64,000 nucleotides of DNA from Octopus vulgaris (Eukaryota), in the NCBI GenBank assembly GCA_951406725.2, contig OX597818.1, positions 6,324,001-6,388,000 of the forward strand, read 5' to 3'. The notes under the pieces are model-generated. The model ran no database searches. It was not told where the DNA came from and saw only the letters and a program-made list of their open reading frames with translations. The first letter of the stretch is position 1. Each line of letters begins with the position of its first letter. The position numbers and the translations under genes were made by a program. Shown piece after piece: positions 1 to 13,603 of the stretch.

Positions 1-1051
1 GCATCTTGGGTGCGTTAGATCCAGTCTGCATTTTCATTGTATGGTTTCTCATCACTCCAGATCACTTTCCAAAAGTTTTCAATTTCTTCCATTAGGGGTG
101 GATTTTCAATGGTTATTTTTTCTTTCCCTACTTCCCTGTAAAATGATTTGGCATTGGATTTGAACATCTTATTTTGTTTGTAGCATTTGATTCTTTTCTC
201 AAATCTGCGTATTCTCTGAGCTTTTGCCTGAACTTTTTGTTTAAGTGTTTCTTTCGCTGAGATTAGTTCTTCTCTTGTTGAGAGTCCATATTTTCTCACA
301 ATCTTCCTGCCTTTTCTTGATCTTACACCATTTCCAGAGATTAGCTCAGTTGATATTGATATCTCCCTTCGCAATGATTCAATTTCAGTTTCAATTCTAC
401 TCCTCCAGTTTGATTTTCTTTTCGAATTTGTTACTGTTGGCTTTTTGGGCGTTAAACAGCGTCTTTCGATTATCTTAGCAACAGAGTAAATAATTTCATT
501 TAACTCATTAAGATCGAGCTTTAGTTGTTGTATGATTTCTTGCGTAAAGCAGTTGCAAATTTGTTGGTGTGCATTTGAGAGTTACTGGAGTGGTTCCTTC
601 TAATTCATATTTGAATGCTCTACAACTGCAAGTTCATTCAGAACTTCCTGCTTCATTTCAATGATAGATTTTCTGTGTTGTACAGCAAATATGTGGTCTT
701 CAAATTCTGTTTCGACATCATTTTCCTGGCTGTTTTTCTAGGGTCATTATAGGTCCAGATTCTGTAGGAGTTTGCGGTGATTTTCTCTTGGGTTGGCCTA
801 CTTAATGCAAAGCAATAAGCATATATTACTTCTTTATATTCTTCCTGGTTCCATTTAGTCCTTTTACATTTTTGATTTTCTGGTCGTTGTGGTGGTGAAC
901 TTTGGGGGCTTAATTTGGAACAAATCCCGTTTAAGTGACCTTCCAGGTTCGTATTCAGGGAAGACATACTGCCATTTGAAAATGTTTCGCCATCAGGCTG
1001 ACAGCTTCCTGAATAAGCGATTCGGTGTACTGTTTGAAATTTTCTTTTCAA
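1..1051 (-). mobile_element. R4/Dong-like non-LTR retrotransposon, N-terminal ORF relic (continues off the window start)
   Basis: ORF pieces KRTKWNQEEYKEVIYAY and ETLKQKVQAKAQRIRRFEKRIKCYKQNKMFKSNAKSFYRE...IENFWKVIWS match the pre-RT region of R4/Dong elements; split by stops/frameshifts. Confidence 0.75.
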
Positions 1052-1134
1052 GTAAAGTTAAATTATTATTAAATTTTCATTTTTAAAAAATGTTATTTAT
1101 TTATTTTTAACCACGAATCTTCATACAGAACCGC

Positions 1135-1533
1135 CGCTATCATCATTAGCAGCAGCAGCAGTAGTTGTAGTAGCAGCAGCAGCAATATCATTATCAGCAG
1201 TAGCAGCGGCAGTGGTAATATCAGTAGTAATGGCAGCATCAACAGCAGCAGTAGCAGCAATAGTATTAGTAGTAGTAGTAGCAGAAGTAGTAGTAGTAGT
1301 AGTAAAGGTAGCAGCAGTAGTGGCAGCAATAGTAGTAGTAGCAACAGCAGCAGTAGTAGTAGCAGTAGCAGCAGCAATAGTAGTAGTAGTAGTAGTAGCA
1401 GCAGCGGTGGTAGTAGTAGTAGTAGTAGCAACATCATCAGTGGTAGCAATAATAGTAGTAGTGATTGCAGCAGCAGTGGTAGCAGCAGTAGTATTAGTAT
1501 TAGAGTAGTAGTAATAGTAGTAGTAGTAGTAGG
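1135..1533. repeat. Compound (TAG)n/(CAG)n trinucleotide microsatellite
   Basis: Direct reading; it generates the poly-L/T/V ORFs in the track. Confidence 0.95.
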
Positions 1534-2271
1534 TGCGGCTCATGTAATTAATTTTTTTTTAAAAGTAGGATGGAGTCCGATCGGTCAAAAAGAGTTCAAA
1601 TGTCTACTACATTGTTGGGACTTGCCAACAGTGACCTTGACCTTAAGAAAAATTAAGGAAGGGCCAACTTACTCTGTTCTGCATTATTTGTGAATAGAGT
1701 TGTGTTCGAGCAGAGAGAATCTATTATTAGTATCAATATATTTTTTCCTCAACGTGGATTTCTGTTATTGCAATAAAAAGTATGTTTACATATTTCGAGT
1801 AGTCAAGGAGAAAATAAAGGTAATATTGTAGAGATTGAAGTCGACTTTTCTAGAGATGTTTGTTTGTATGTCCAGTTAGAGAAAATATTTGTGTTTTTGC
1901 AATAAGAAGTAGGCTTACATTTATTTTTGAATATTCAGGGAAGAAGGAAAGAAAAGTCAAATTTTCACAGAAAGTTTTAAGATTCACCAAAGATAGTTTT
2001 TTATAAGTCCGCACAAAGAAAAGCGCGATGTTTCTAGAAAGAAGAAAAAAAAGGTTGTTTACAGAGGGAAGGATGAGTATTCGAGGCAGTTGTGGATATT
2101 AAAGTTATTAAAGCTGATCGTTTGTTTGAAAACTGTAGATATGTAAATTTGTAAATTTCTTAACTTATTTTGAAGGGAATTTTAAATACTCACAGGATAT
2201 TGTAGATATTCCAGTCTTTGAGACTTATTTTCCCCGTTCCTGGTACTGCATCAGGGCATTTATAATTATCA

Positions 2272-2396
2272 TTCTTCTTCTTCTTCTTCTTCTTCTTCTT
2301 CTTCTTCTTCTTCTTCTTCTTCTTCTTCTTCTTCTTCTTCTTCTTCTTCTTCTTCTTCTTCTTCTTCTTCTTCTTCTTCTTCTTCTTCTTCTTTTT

Positions 2397-2450
<54 letters not shown>
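2272..2450. repeat. (TTC)n followed by (TTA)n microsatellite
   Basis: Direct reading. Confidence 0.97.
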
Positions 2451-3193
<743 letters not shown>

Positions 3194-3530
3194 AATCAAG
3201 AATAAAATCTATATGAGACTTTATCAGGTAGCTAATATGCAAAACATTTTAGGTATAAATTAATACAGAGTATATCATTTTTACAAAAATTATGAAGGCA
3301 ACTACATGGTAGTTTCACATGTTATACGAAGATGGCAAATGACTACGTTATTTATCACATAGACACGGACTGAATGTGAGATAAAGAAGCACACATTTTT
3401 TTTTTAAACGTGATAAATAAGGTAGTTTTAGAGACATTTGAAATCTTCTTCCAGCCCGTAGCATTATAATATAGCTGCCCTTATAATTTTAATTAAAATA
3501 TTATATACTCTTTATATATATATATATATA

Positions 3531-3916
3531 CTTTATTTAAAAGCAGCAGAAATGGCAAAAGCTGTTTCTCAGAGTTTCCCGTTCCCGTTCGTCGGAGAGT
3601 TTTGTTAAAATAGAACAGAAATAAAGATATGATCATAAACTAGTTAACGGATACGCCTTTAAAAATGGATTTGTTTCTTTGGTCCTATCAATTAACGGTC
3701 TTCAGCATGCAATGAACAAATTAAACAAAATAAATGAATTCAATATAAATTCAACCCATTATAAAAATCGAAGAAAACCTTAAATCGAAGAGTGGATTCA
3801 AAATACTTATTGTAAATAATAATATACGAAATATAATTCAATTAATACATTAAAATTAAAGTTAAAATTTTCACGCTGTATTACATAAATATTTTACAAT
3901 ACGCATACTACACCAT

Positions 3917-3923
<7 letters not shown>
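3531..3923 (-). repeat. PLE pLTR-like repeat, left arm of a large inverted repeat (partner 7003-7386)
   Basis: Reverse complement of 7003-7386 at roughly 85% by eye; carries a degenerate hammerhead-like core at 3556-3604. Confidence 0.75.
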
Positions 3924-3953
<30 letters not shown>

Positions 3954-5183
3954 GTCAAAATACACATATGCATGCACACAGACCAAATACACAGGCATAT
4001 ATATGTAAGACATAAAAATATACGCACAAATACACATATACACATGTACATATATGCACACAACCATGCTCGCATATGAACATCTTTTGCTGTATACATA
4101 TAGAAGTTACAAGAAACAAGCTAGATGAGCAGTATATTTTAAATGTCGGGAGGGGAAAATAAAAAGGAAAAGAAAGATCTTAAGCGTAACATTTGGCGAG
4201 GGAAAGGGTTAAGTGAGAGAAGGAGAACGCATTGATAAATGTCGCTGTACAAATAACGAATAGAGAGAGAGAAAGGGTGCTAACAATATATCGGCTAACA
4301 ATATGCCATATGCATAGTATATATAACAATCTACCATATAGATAGCATATATTTTTTGATTCTTGAAATAGTTTTTAATCACACTGTTGGATTTATATCT
4401 TATAATATAATGATTTATTTCGCATCACAAAGATATTGTATATATTTCGACATATTTCTTAAGAAAACCTTCGACTGTTATATGCATATATATTATCCTC
4501 AAGTTTCATATTCTCTTTTTTTTTTATTTCATTGTATTGTATTTTATAAACCCATTCAATAGTTTAATTTATAGATAATTCAATATAGGGTGTTCTATTT
4601 TGCATGCCTTTTATCCGAATTTTATTATTATATACTCAGCCAGTTTTTAAAAAGTCGTTTCTATATATACGTCAGGACCTAGATATGTTTTTATGTGGAT
4701 GTCTGTGTTGTTGGCATACCTATGTATTCGTATGTGTGCGTCTATGTATATGTGCAAATAAGCGTGTATATTTATACTTGTACACATATATACATGATGT
4801 ATATATGTGCAGGTATACGCTATTTGTGTGGATGTGTATTTACGTGCATATTTCCATATATTTACGTATGAGATCTTATATGTTGTATTTATGCTAATAT
4901 ACCCTTTTGTATACACATATATACGTAACTTTATATTGTGTACGTTTGTTACCTATCTATCTATCTTTCATACTTTTTCTTTCCTTACGAGAAACATCCT
5001 TTCTCTCTTTATTCGTTACTTCTATAGCGACATTTATCTTACCTTTCCTTTTTCTTTCCCCCTCCCGACATTTAAAATATACTTCTCATCTACCTTATCT
5101 CTTGTAACTTCTATATGTATACAGCAAGAGATGTTCGTATATATGCCAGTGTATGTAGTCTGTGTGCATGCATATGTGTATTT

Positions 5184-5280
<97 letters not shown>

Positions 5281-5370
5281 GGTAAGATAACAAAAGAAAG
5301 AAAGAGACCTCAATATTATGTAAATAGAGGAAATTTATCTATACAATATGTTACATTACTCGGTAGTCAA

Positions 5371-5431
5371 GATAAAACTCTGAGTTTCAGATGCCGAAGT
5401 GGAAATCCACAACACCATCTCTTCGGTTATC
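5371..5431 (-). ncRNA. Minimal type I hammerhead-ribozyme-like motif in PLE 3' terminus
   Basis: Minus strand: GATAA-CCGAAGA-GATG...CATC-T-GAAA-CTCAGAG-TT-TTATC; stems I, II and III are all pairable; core has a U4C variant. Confidence 0.6.
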
Positions 5432-5625
5432 TGGCTATTTGAAAACGTTATGAAAAAATACCGTTAAATAAAGGGAAATTACTCTGTTATAACTCTGCTT
5501 GCCTGCGTACTTATACATCGCTCGCATTTTTCGTCATAAAAATTATATAAAAATACATAAAAAATATATAAAAAATATATAAAAATATATAAATTCTTCT
5601 TGGGACATAACATAGAAAGCATGTT

Positions 5626-6972
5626 CTATCTGTTTTCTTTAGGGGACCAAAAACGTAACAGAAACTTAGTCACATGTGGGCATGATCCGAAAAGCTCTGT
5701 CCTTGTATTTAGACATGTAGTAGGGTCTAAGCTGCTTTTCCAGATAAGCCATCTCTCCATGTCGCATAGACCGCACCTTCCGCTGCCGTTAGTATAGGGC
5801 TTACATCTGGCCAAAATCTTCCATTGTATGTTATAATCGACACCTTTATCTCTTAAAGACCAAATATGATTAGACAATTATGTCGCTTTTCTTTTGTTCC
5901 AGTGCCTAAAGCTCAAAGTGTGGTTATTGAACCTGGCCTTGAAATTACCCACTGTAAGGCCCACGTATTTCTTCGTCGAAACGGTGTCTTTAGTGGTTAT
6001 AGAGTTTACGGTAGCTTCATATATGATGGTCTTGGACATGCAAGCTCCATTTAGCGGGCACAATTCTTTATTCCTGCATGAACAGCTGTTTTCTTCTTGT
6101 GTTTTTTGTATGTTATGTTTGATTATGTTTTTTAAATTGGTAGTTGAACTAAAACTAATTTTTAAATTGTGTCTATTGAAGAGTTTCCTATAAGTATGGT
6201 TAACTGGAAAATGTCTATCTATCAGTGCTAGGAAATATTTACCTATATTGAAGGCCACCTCGGGTGAGTAAGGGGGCGTAAACCAGATGACCTTCCTATT
6301 TCTATTATTCCTTTTCTTTACTGTTGGGCTAGTGATAGGTGTATATTTTATTTTATCGCTAAAACCACTATCTTTTAAAGCCTTATTATAAACTGGGGCA
6401 ACGCTATTGAAGATGTCCTCATCAGATGAGAGGCTAGAAATCCTCTTACTAATATTTTTAACTAAATTTTTGAATACTATAGGGGGATGGCATGAACCTA
6501 CATTAATATAACTTAGTCTATCATTGGGCTTCCTATAAGGCTTATAAATATTCTTATTAAGATCTAAGGAAACGTCTAAGAAATTGACAACCGTCAAGTT
6601 AATATCTATAGTTATACTAAGTCCGAAGTGCTTCATTAACTGGATAATATCCTTCCTAAAACAATCTTGTGCTGGTCCATTTGTATTAGCTGTTAAGGCG
6701 AGGGCATCATCTTTGTAGATGGCGAAATGTACGTTAGGGAATGTCTTACCTAAGGTATCTAGGAGAAAAAGTCCAATTAGATCACAGATGCCTGCCCCAT
6801 CATATGAACCCATGCTCACATCGAAAGCGCCCTCCGTGTCGGTGTTTTTTACCCACTTTGCGTCCTCACTGAAAAGTAAGGTCTTTCTAGCATGGAAGAT
6901 TATTTCCTTCTCATTGGTACTAATTTCTATGAAGTCACTAGCGAAGATGAGGGCTTTATCTAGCAGTTCTTT

Positions 6973-6974
<2 letters not shown>
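5626..6974 (-). pseudogene. Penelope-like RT / GIY-YIG endonuclease polyprotein (truncated, frameshift near 5880)
   Basis: RT motifs MGSYDGA, YKDD, NFLDVSLDL, YRKPN...S.HPP; linker CSCRNKELCPLNGAC; GIY-YIG IIYEATV...KYVGLT..FKARFNNH; C-terminal CGLC..E...ELFGSCPH in the next frame. Confidence 0.9.
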
Positions 6975-7002
<28 letters not shown>

Positions 7003-7007
<5 letters not shown>

Positions 7008-7456
7008 GGATGGTCTGGCATGCGTATCGTAAAATATTTATGTAATGCAGCGTGAAAGTTTTAATTTTAATTTTAATGTATTAATTGAATTATATTTCGT
7101 ATATAATTATTTAAAATGATAATTTTGAATCCACTCTTCGATTTAAGGTTTTCTTCGATTTTTATAATAGGATGAATTTATATTGAATTCATTTATTTTG
7201 TTTATTTTGTTCATTGTATGCTTAAGACGGTTAATTGAAAGGACCAATGAAACAAATCCATTTTTAAAGGTGCATCCGTTAACTAGTTTTTGAACATATC
7301 TTTATTTTTGTTCTATTGTAAAAAAAAATGAAATGTGAAACTCTTGGTAACAACTTTTGTTATATTTCTGCTGCTTTTGAATAAAGCATATTACTCAACC
7401 TCTGGTATTTGAGTACTCTTTTTTCCACCTTTTCACATTCATGTGCTTACTCCAGT
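7003..7456 (+). repeat. PLE pLTR-like repeat, right arm of the large inverted repeat
   Basis: Inverted copy of 3531-3923 plus ~70 bp of extra terminus; only GAAA...TA of the hammerhead core remains. Confidence 0.7.
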
Positions 7457-7457
7457 A

Positions 7458-7616
<159 letters not shown>

Positions 7617-7631
7617 TTATGTATGTATATA

Positions 7632-8700
7632 CGTAAACAATGGAGTTAAACGCAGGTGATATTCAAATCTTTATACTTCCGACATATTACAAGGAATTTA
7701 GTTAGGAATATTTCACTTAGACTTTCTAGATTTTCTGCCAATGTTGATATCTTCAACGATAAAGCCGAATTTTATAACTCTACCTTACTTAAAGCAGGCT
7801 ATAAAAATACCTACATTAATTCTATTTACATAAAGTCCGCCTTTATTAATCAGGGCATGAAATTAAGTCATAACGGTAATGATAATGTAAATTTTAGTTC
7901 GAAGAACAATACTAAATCAAGAAATATAATTCTGCAGCGTATGATCCTACTTTCGTTATAAAAGTACATCTTGGACTTTAAAATAATTAGCCTAATAACA
8001 AGTTATGTCCTAGCAAAACAGTTTGGCTGATAATTCCATATGGTAAGCAGATCAAATCCAACCTCTCTTACCAGTTTCGTGAAGCTATTCATAAGATTTT
8101 CCCCAAAAATTCAAGTCACACCGAATCAGGATGGGGTTTTTAAACACCAAAAACATTTCACAAATCAACTCTTCGCATAACAATAATTTGTTAAATACAA
8201 ATACACTTAATGAAATTAATAACAATGGTATTATTAACACTAACCATTCTTTGAACAATGCTAGCAACAATATTAGTATTTCTGATATAAATTCCAATCA
8301 TATTCGTTTCCTTAGCCATTATTCTAAGACTAGAAACTCTATAAATATAAAAATTGCATCCATTTCTGACATCTTTTTTATATATAGCTAGTTCTTCATC
8401 TCAGTCGTCCAAAAGAATAGCAAACCATTTCTCTGCATTTAGACATATCAATAATGGAAACAATAGCGGGCTTTGTAAATTTATTTGGTCTCTAAAGGAA
8501 CGTAATAAACAATTTGATTAGGAATGGAATATTCTATCTAGAGACTTTCCTACTGATAAAGGTAAATCTTTCTTTTTTTCGCTCTGCAAAATCTCTTCTC
8601 AGGGAACCCTCTTGCAAACACGCTTAAAGAACGTATTTATCGTAGTAAAAATTGGCAAAAACATACCTTTCATTCCTATAAGTGATTACTACCAGTCTAT
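7632..8700 (+). mobile_element. Degenerate Penelope-like element (RT thumb + GIY-YIG relic) with a short pLTR-like piece at its 5' end
   Basis: RNLVRNISLRLSRFSANVDIFN..AEFYN..L.KAGY resembles the 5878-6819 ORF; KRIANHFSAFRH...LCKFIWSLKE...WNIL near 8410-8550; 7635-7690 resembles 37190-37242. Confidence 0.7.
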
Positions 8701-8919
8701 AAAATTCGTCCTTTAACTATCTTCTTATATTTCACTTCCAATAAATATATCTATTTCCACGCCTTTAATCTTATTCACCTATCGCACTATGTTTCGCCAC
8801 TTTTAATTTTCTGCTAATTTCTTACTTCCTCCTTCTTCTACTTTCTATAAATTGCCTTTCACGTTATACCTGTTAACGTTTTCCTTTAAAAAGTATAAGT
8901 TACCAGTGTTCCCTTCATC

Positions 8920-9900
8920 ATATATGCAGTAATCGCATTCGGTTAAAATGTCTTATTGATGCGTTTTGTTTCCCTTTTGTTCATCCGATATTTAGTAGCT
9001 GTCGCCTGTTCATGGATAGTGAATGCATATCCTTTTAGGTGAGATGCAAAGTATCTATCACTGTACCAGGAGAGAGCACTATTCCTTTCAATGTTGTTAT
9101 CCTTTAATACATGAATTCAACCATTACTTTTGGCTTGAATGATGCCTGCTTCTCCTCTATGCTTCTGCTTAGGTAGGCTAGTGCAACTTCCTTTGGGTCA
9201 CATGAGACAGTTGTATTCTCAGTATACCTGCACGGTAGTTCCTCTTTAACTCTGTAGTTATTGTTGATCTCATTTTATTGTTGCATACAATGTACTCATC
9301 CCTTTCTTTACTGCTCTGCAAGTGTTGTCTGATTGATACAATATGACATTCAAACATTGTTTGGAGTGACGTTACGCCTCTAACGCCGTCAGTCAGTCTC
9401 GTATAGAACCTATCAATGTCACTGCTAAAGTCGAAGGTGCCAGTAGTGAACATTACCATTCCTGTTTTGACGTCCAGGCTGCGGATCTCGTCAAGTCTCC
9501 AGTACAATATCCCAAATGTGTTGGTACTGCAAAGGCATTGTGACATATGTTCTTGTTCAATGCAGACAGCATTATGTTCTGTATTTTCTGGAGCTTACAG
9601 AAGTATACTTTTGTTATTCTGGTTTTAGCAACATCACCTATATAGGCAATATTCTCATTGATTCCGAGAGTCTTGTAGCTTCCTTCATTAAAAATAGGGG
9701 AGATACACAAGCCATTGACGTACATGTTCTCAGAATGCTTGACAGACTTTCTTCGGCTATCATGAGCGTTTATCTTGTCCAAATTTCACTCCTATGTTTC
9801 ATGAGAATGTTGTAACTTGTAATTGTCTATCAATGTTTTTTTATGTTACAAGAATATCACTTTAGCTCATCAACAAAGAAGGTCGGGGTGACATTAATGT
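8920..9900 (-). mobile_element. R4/Dong-like LINE relic (RT C-terminal region)
   Basis: SYKTLGINENI, LSALNK...HNAFAVP, TFGILYWRLDEIRSLDVKT, SDIDRFYTRLTDGVRGV. Confidence 0.75.
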
Positions 9901-10393
9901 TATTCTTTTCTGCATATATCAACATGTGGTCGTGATATTTTGTTAACAAGGTGAGAACGCGTTCACTGCTAGCACAAACGTTACAGAAACATTGTCACCG
10001 TGGAATATGCCTGTTGTTCCGCTTATACAATAGGCGTTACATTAGTAGTTGTCAGTGCTAAGAGTGAGGAACATGTTGTGTTCATTCTTTCTATGGTATT
10101 CAGTATAGCGGCTGGTACTTTGGCAAGGTGTATTAATTCTATCATACAAGAGAGAGGCACAGAGTTCAACGATTTGTATTATTAATTTTTTTTAATGATA
10201 CATTAAACTGATGAGTACTACCAGAGAAGTCATTATTTTTCTTTTGTCAAATATACCCAACTGTACCAAGGATCTCACACAGAGTTCAACGCTTTCTTGT
10301 TAAGAGATTACGGTGGTACTGCGTGGCTTCCTCAATGACAGATTCATTGAGAAAGAGCTGTTCAGCACAGCCTGCCCTTCATTTATCACACCT

Positions 10394-10426
<33 letters not shown>

Positions 10427-11740
10427 ATGTATGTATGTATGTATGTATGTATGTATGTATGTAGGTAGGTAGGTAGGTAGGTGTCTGTGTATGTATGTAA
10501 TTCAATATGTATGTACGTATGTATGCCGCATGTGCATAAGCGTAAGGGATGAAGCTAGAATGTGTTTCAGGAGTGGGCATTAATTATTGATACTTATTTT
10601 CCATTCGGGTATTTTAAACATAACGCACGTGAATAGGTATTGCAATGTAACACTTGGCAGTCTACATAAACTCATTTATCTCACTCTATATTGGCAGTAG
10701 ATATTTGTCAAATATGTGTGTGCGTGAATGACCGTCTTTGTGAATATTCTATAAAGATCTATATATGTGTGTATATGTGTGTGTATGTGTGTATATATAT
10801 ACGTAGGAATTGTGTGTGCGTATGTGCATGTGTGTGTACGTGTGTCTGTATGTGTCTGTGTGTATATACATACAAGCATACACATGTATAGTTAAATGGA
10901 CTGTTACTAATTCATGTAGATATATAATTCATTTATTCTGTCACTTGTATCGTCTTTGATGAGATATTGAGTTATGAATTTACGCTGATTTTCAATGTTC
11001 TCTTCTTAGTAATGGCTAACTGAGGTGCAATAAGTTCCTGAAATCATAAGGAAATATATTTACGCTTGACGGCCACTCTACAGGAGAAAGTATTTTAACC
11101 AAAGTTCTATAAACGTTGGTCGATCCTTGTAAATAATGAACCTTACAATTCACATGGTTGTTTTTCAAATAAATATCCCCTCACTAAAATCCATCACTGT
11201 CGAAACTTTCTTTCAAGATTTCTAGTTAACATTATCGCTAGCCACTCAGTATTACGTCAGCCGCCTCATGGGTTCCTTGTAATTACTTGATGTAATATTT
11301 TCAGACAATTATCCACAATATATGAAGCGATTTTAACGTTGCTCTGAATCGCGAAATTCCCATTTGTATCATCCTAAATTAACATCGTCACTCTGTGTAA
11401 AAACATTGAAATCATTTTGTTAACATCCCTATTGAATTGTATCTTGTAACGATTTGCATTTTCTGGAGTTAGCTGTAGAATAATTACGGATAATTGGGCA
11501 TGACATGACCGATTAGGATCAAACATTGAGATTGTAGAAGGCCATGTCAAGTTGATAAATCTATGGGTGACTTGCGTTAACCCAGATCAATATAACGGAT
11601 ATCCTGCACTTTGCTGGCTCTGCCTTCTATAGAAATTCTTTCAGAGAACATATTATATTGAAATAATTTGTTTCACTTAGCCAAACGATATCATCAATTA
11701 AAAAAAAACATGCGTATATATATATATATATGTGTATATA

Positions 11741-11788
<48 letters not shown>

Positions 11789-11860
11789 CATACATATACA
11801 TATATACATACATATACATATACATATATACTTATATGTATATATATATATGTGTATATA

Positions 11861-11917
<57 letters not shown>

Positions 11918-12086
11918 ATATATATGTATATATATATGCATGTGGTTGCGAGCGTGTATGTGTGTGTGCACACGCCTAACTGTATATATTAGGTAAATAC
12001 TATTTAATGTCTATGGTTATACACGTAGTATAAGAATACACGCGCACGCTTATAGATAAGGGAACCTGTGTTTCTTTGCATGCATA

Positions 12087-12297
12087 TACTCTTTTACTCT
12101 TTTACATGTTTCAGTCATTTGACTGCGACCATGCTGGAGCACCGCCTTTAGTCGAGCAAATCGACCCCTGGACTTATTCTTTGTAAGCCCAGTACTTATT
12201 CTATCGGTCTCTTTTGCCGAATCGCTAAGTGACGGGGACGTAAACACACCAGCATCGGTTGTCAAGCAATGCTAGTGGGACAAACACAGACACACAA

Positions 12298-12340
<43 letters not shown>

Positions 12341-12505
12341 TACGACAGGCTTCTTTCAGTTTCCGTCTACCAAATCCACTCACAAGACTTTGGTCGGCCC
12401 GAGGCTATAGTAGAAGACACTTGTCCTAGGTGCCACGCAATGGGACTGAACCCGGAACCATATGGCTGGTTAGCGAGCTACTTACCACACAACCACTCCT
12501 GCGCC
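12087..12505 (-). mobile_element. tRNA-derived SINE (octopus-type, internal microsatellite, AAAAGAGT-repeat tail)
   Basis: Minus strand begins ggcgcaggagtggttgtgtggtaag...ggttccgggttcagtccc (A/B-box-like); same family at 18215-18602, 29055-29200, 39619-40280, 40578-40638. Confidence 0.85.
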
Positions 12506-12554
<49 letters not shown>

Positions 12555-13571
12555 AAAAGCACGCATACATGACAGTGTATGTTCATGATATTGTATTATA
12601 TAGTTTGCTTTACTGAATTTGATATCACATGTTTCCAACGACTATATCAGCGTCATTGCACACATATTCAGTCCATTCAGCATATCAGTACATTCCATTT
12701 TCAAAAGAGGAGGTCATGTTGATGATGATGATGAGGAGGAGGGTGATTATGATGATGATGTTGATGATGATGATGATGAAGTGGAGTAGGAGGGCCGTAA
12801 CGATAAATAGAAACAATACAAACTCTACGGGAGTGAAACTTGTACAGAAATAAGCGTTGGCAGAAGAGCTAAGAAGAAAATAATGTCGATGTGAATTTCA
12901 AATGTAATCTGAAAGATGAAAATGAAAGAGAAAAGGCGTGCATAAGTGGGAATGGAAATTGCTAGAAATACCAAGAAATGGGAGAAGTAAAATTTTGAAA
13001 CAAAATATGACAATACAATAAAGCAGAAATAAAATAGTAAAGGACAATGAAATAGGAAAATATTAACTAACTCATTCACCTGTGAACAGTAGCTAAGCCA
13101 GTGTTAATATATTCAATGTTGTGTATATCACTGAACCAATTATAGGTGAAGAAAATTTACAATATTTTTTACACTGTTTGAACACATTTTATCCGTCAAC
13201 ATTTTATTCAAAGTCCAATATTAAATTACGTAATCAGTATACAATGCTGTGATAATTATTACAATCATTATATTTTGAAGAATATACATCATTGTACAAT
13301 GTATGTTTCACAAAATGATGCTATAATTTTGCACTGTTATCGCTCTAACACATTACATTTGCTGCTATATGATTTAGTATACAATCCACATAGCACGGCA
13401 TTTTGCGCAAGTATCTGCTGTTGTAGCCCCGGTTGAGCAAAGGGAGCTGCAGCGGTTTACCATGTCGTACAATATATCCAGCACATCTCTCCTCCATTTG
13501 TCGTAATGAAATAATGTTAGTCCTTGTTTTTCTCCTCATTTATGAAGAGTAATGAACAAGCGACAAATGAA

Positions 13572-13603
<32 letters not shown>

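Larger units (their letters stand above)
5276..6974 (-). mobile_element. 5'-truncated Penelope-like element inserted in (TA)n
   Basis: RT plus GIY-YIG coding region followed by a non-coding 3' terminus; (TA)n on both sides. Confidence 0.9.

Noticed and set aside
1093-1543. Poly-Leu / Thr-Ala / Val ORFs resembling mucin or membrane proteins
   Set aside because: Translations of a (TAG/CAG)n microsatellite, open in several frames
11501-11550. Short inverted repeat tgacatgacc...ggccatgtca as a pre-miRNA
   Set aside because: Only about 10 bp of pairing and the interior does not pair
11627-11996. Many [12 protein letters not shown] ORFs here and at 4.6-5.3, 19.5, 24, 33.6, 41 and 59.6 kb
   Set aside because: Stop-free dinucleotide and tetranucleotide microsatellites, not genes
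12440-12505. tRNA-like A/B boxes
   Set aside because: Heads of multi-copy SINEs; no complete cloverleaf
13345-13539. ORF vaguely like an RTE LINE C-terminus
   Set aside because: Too short and degenerate to support
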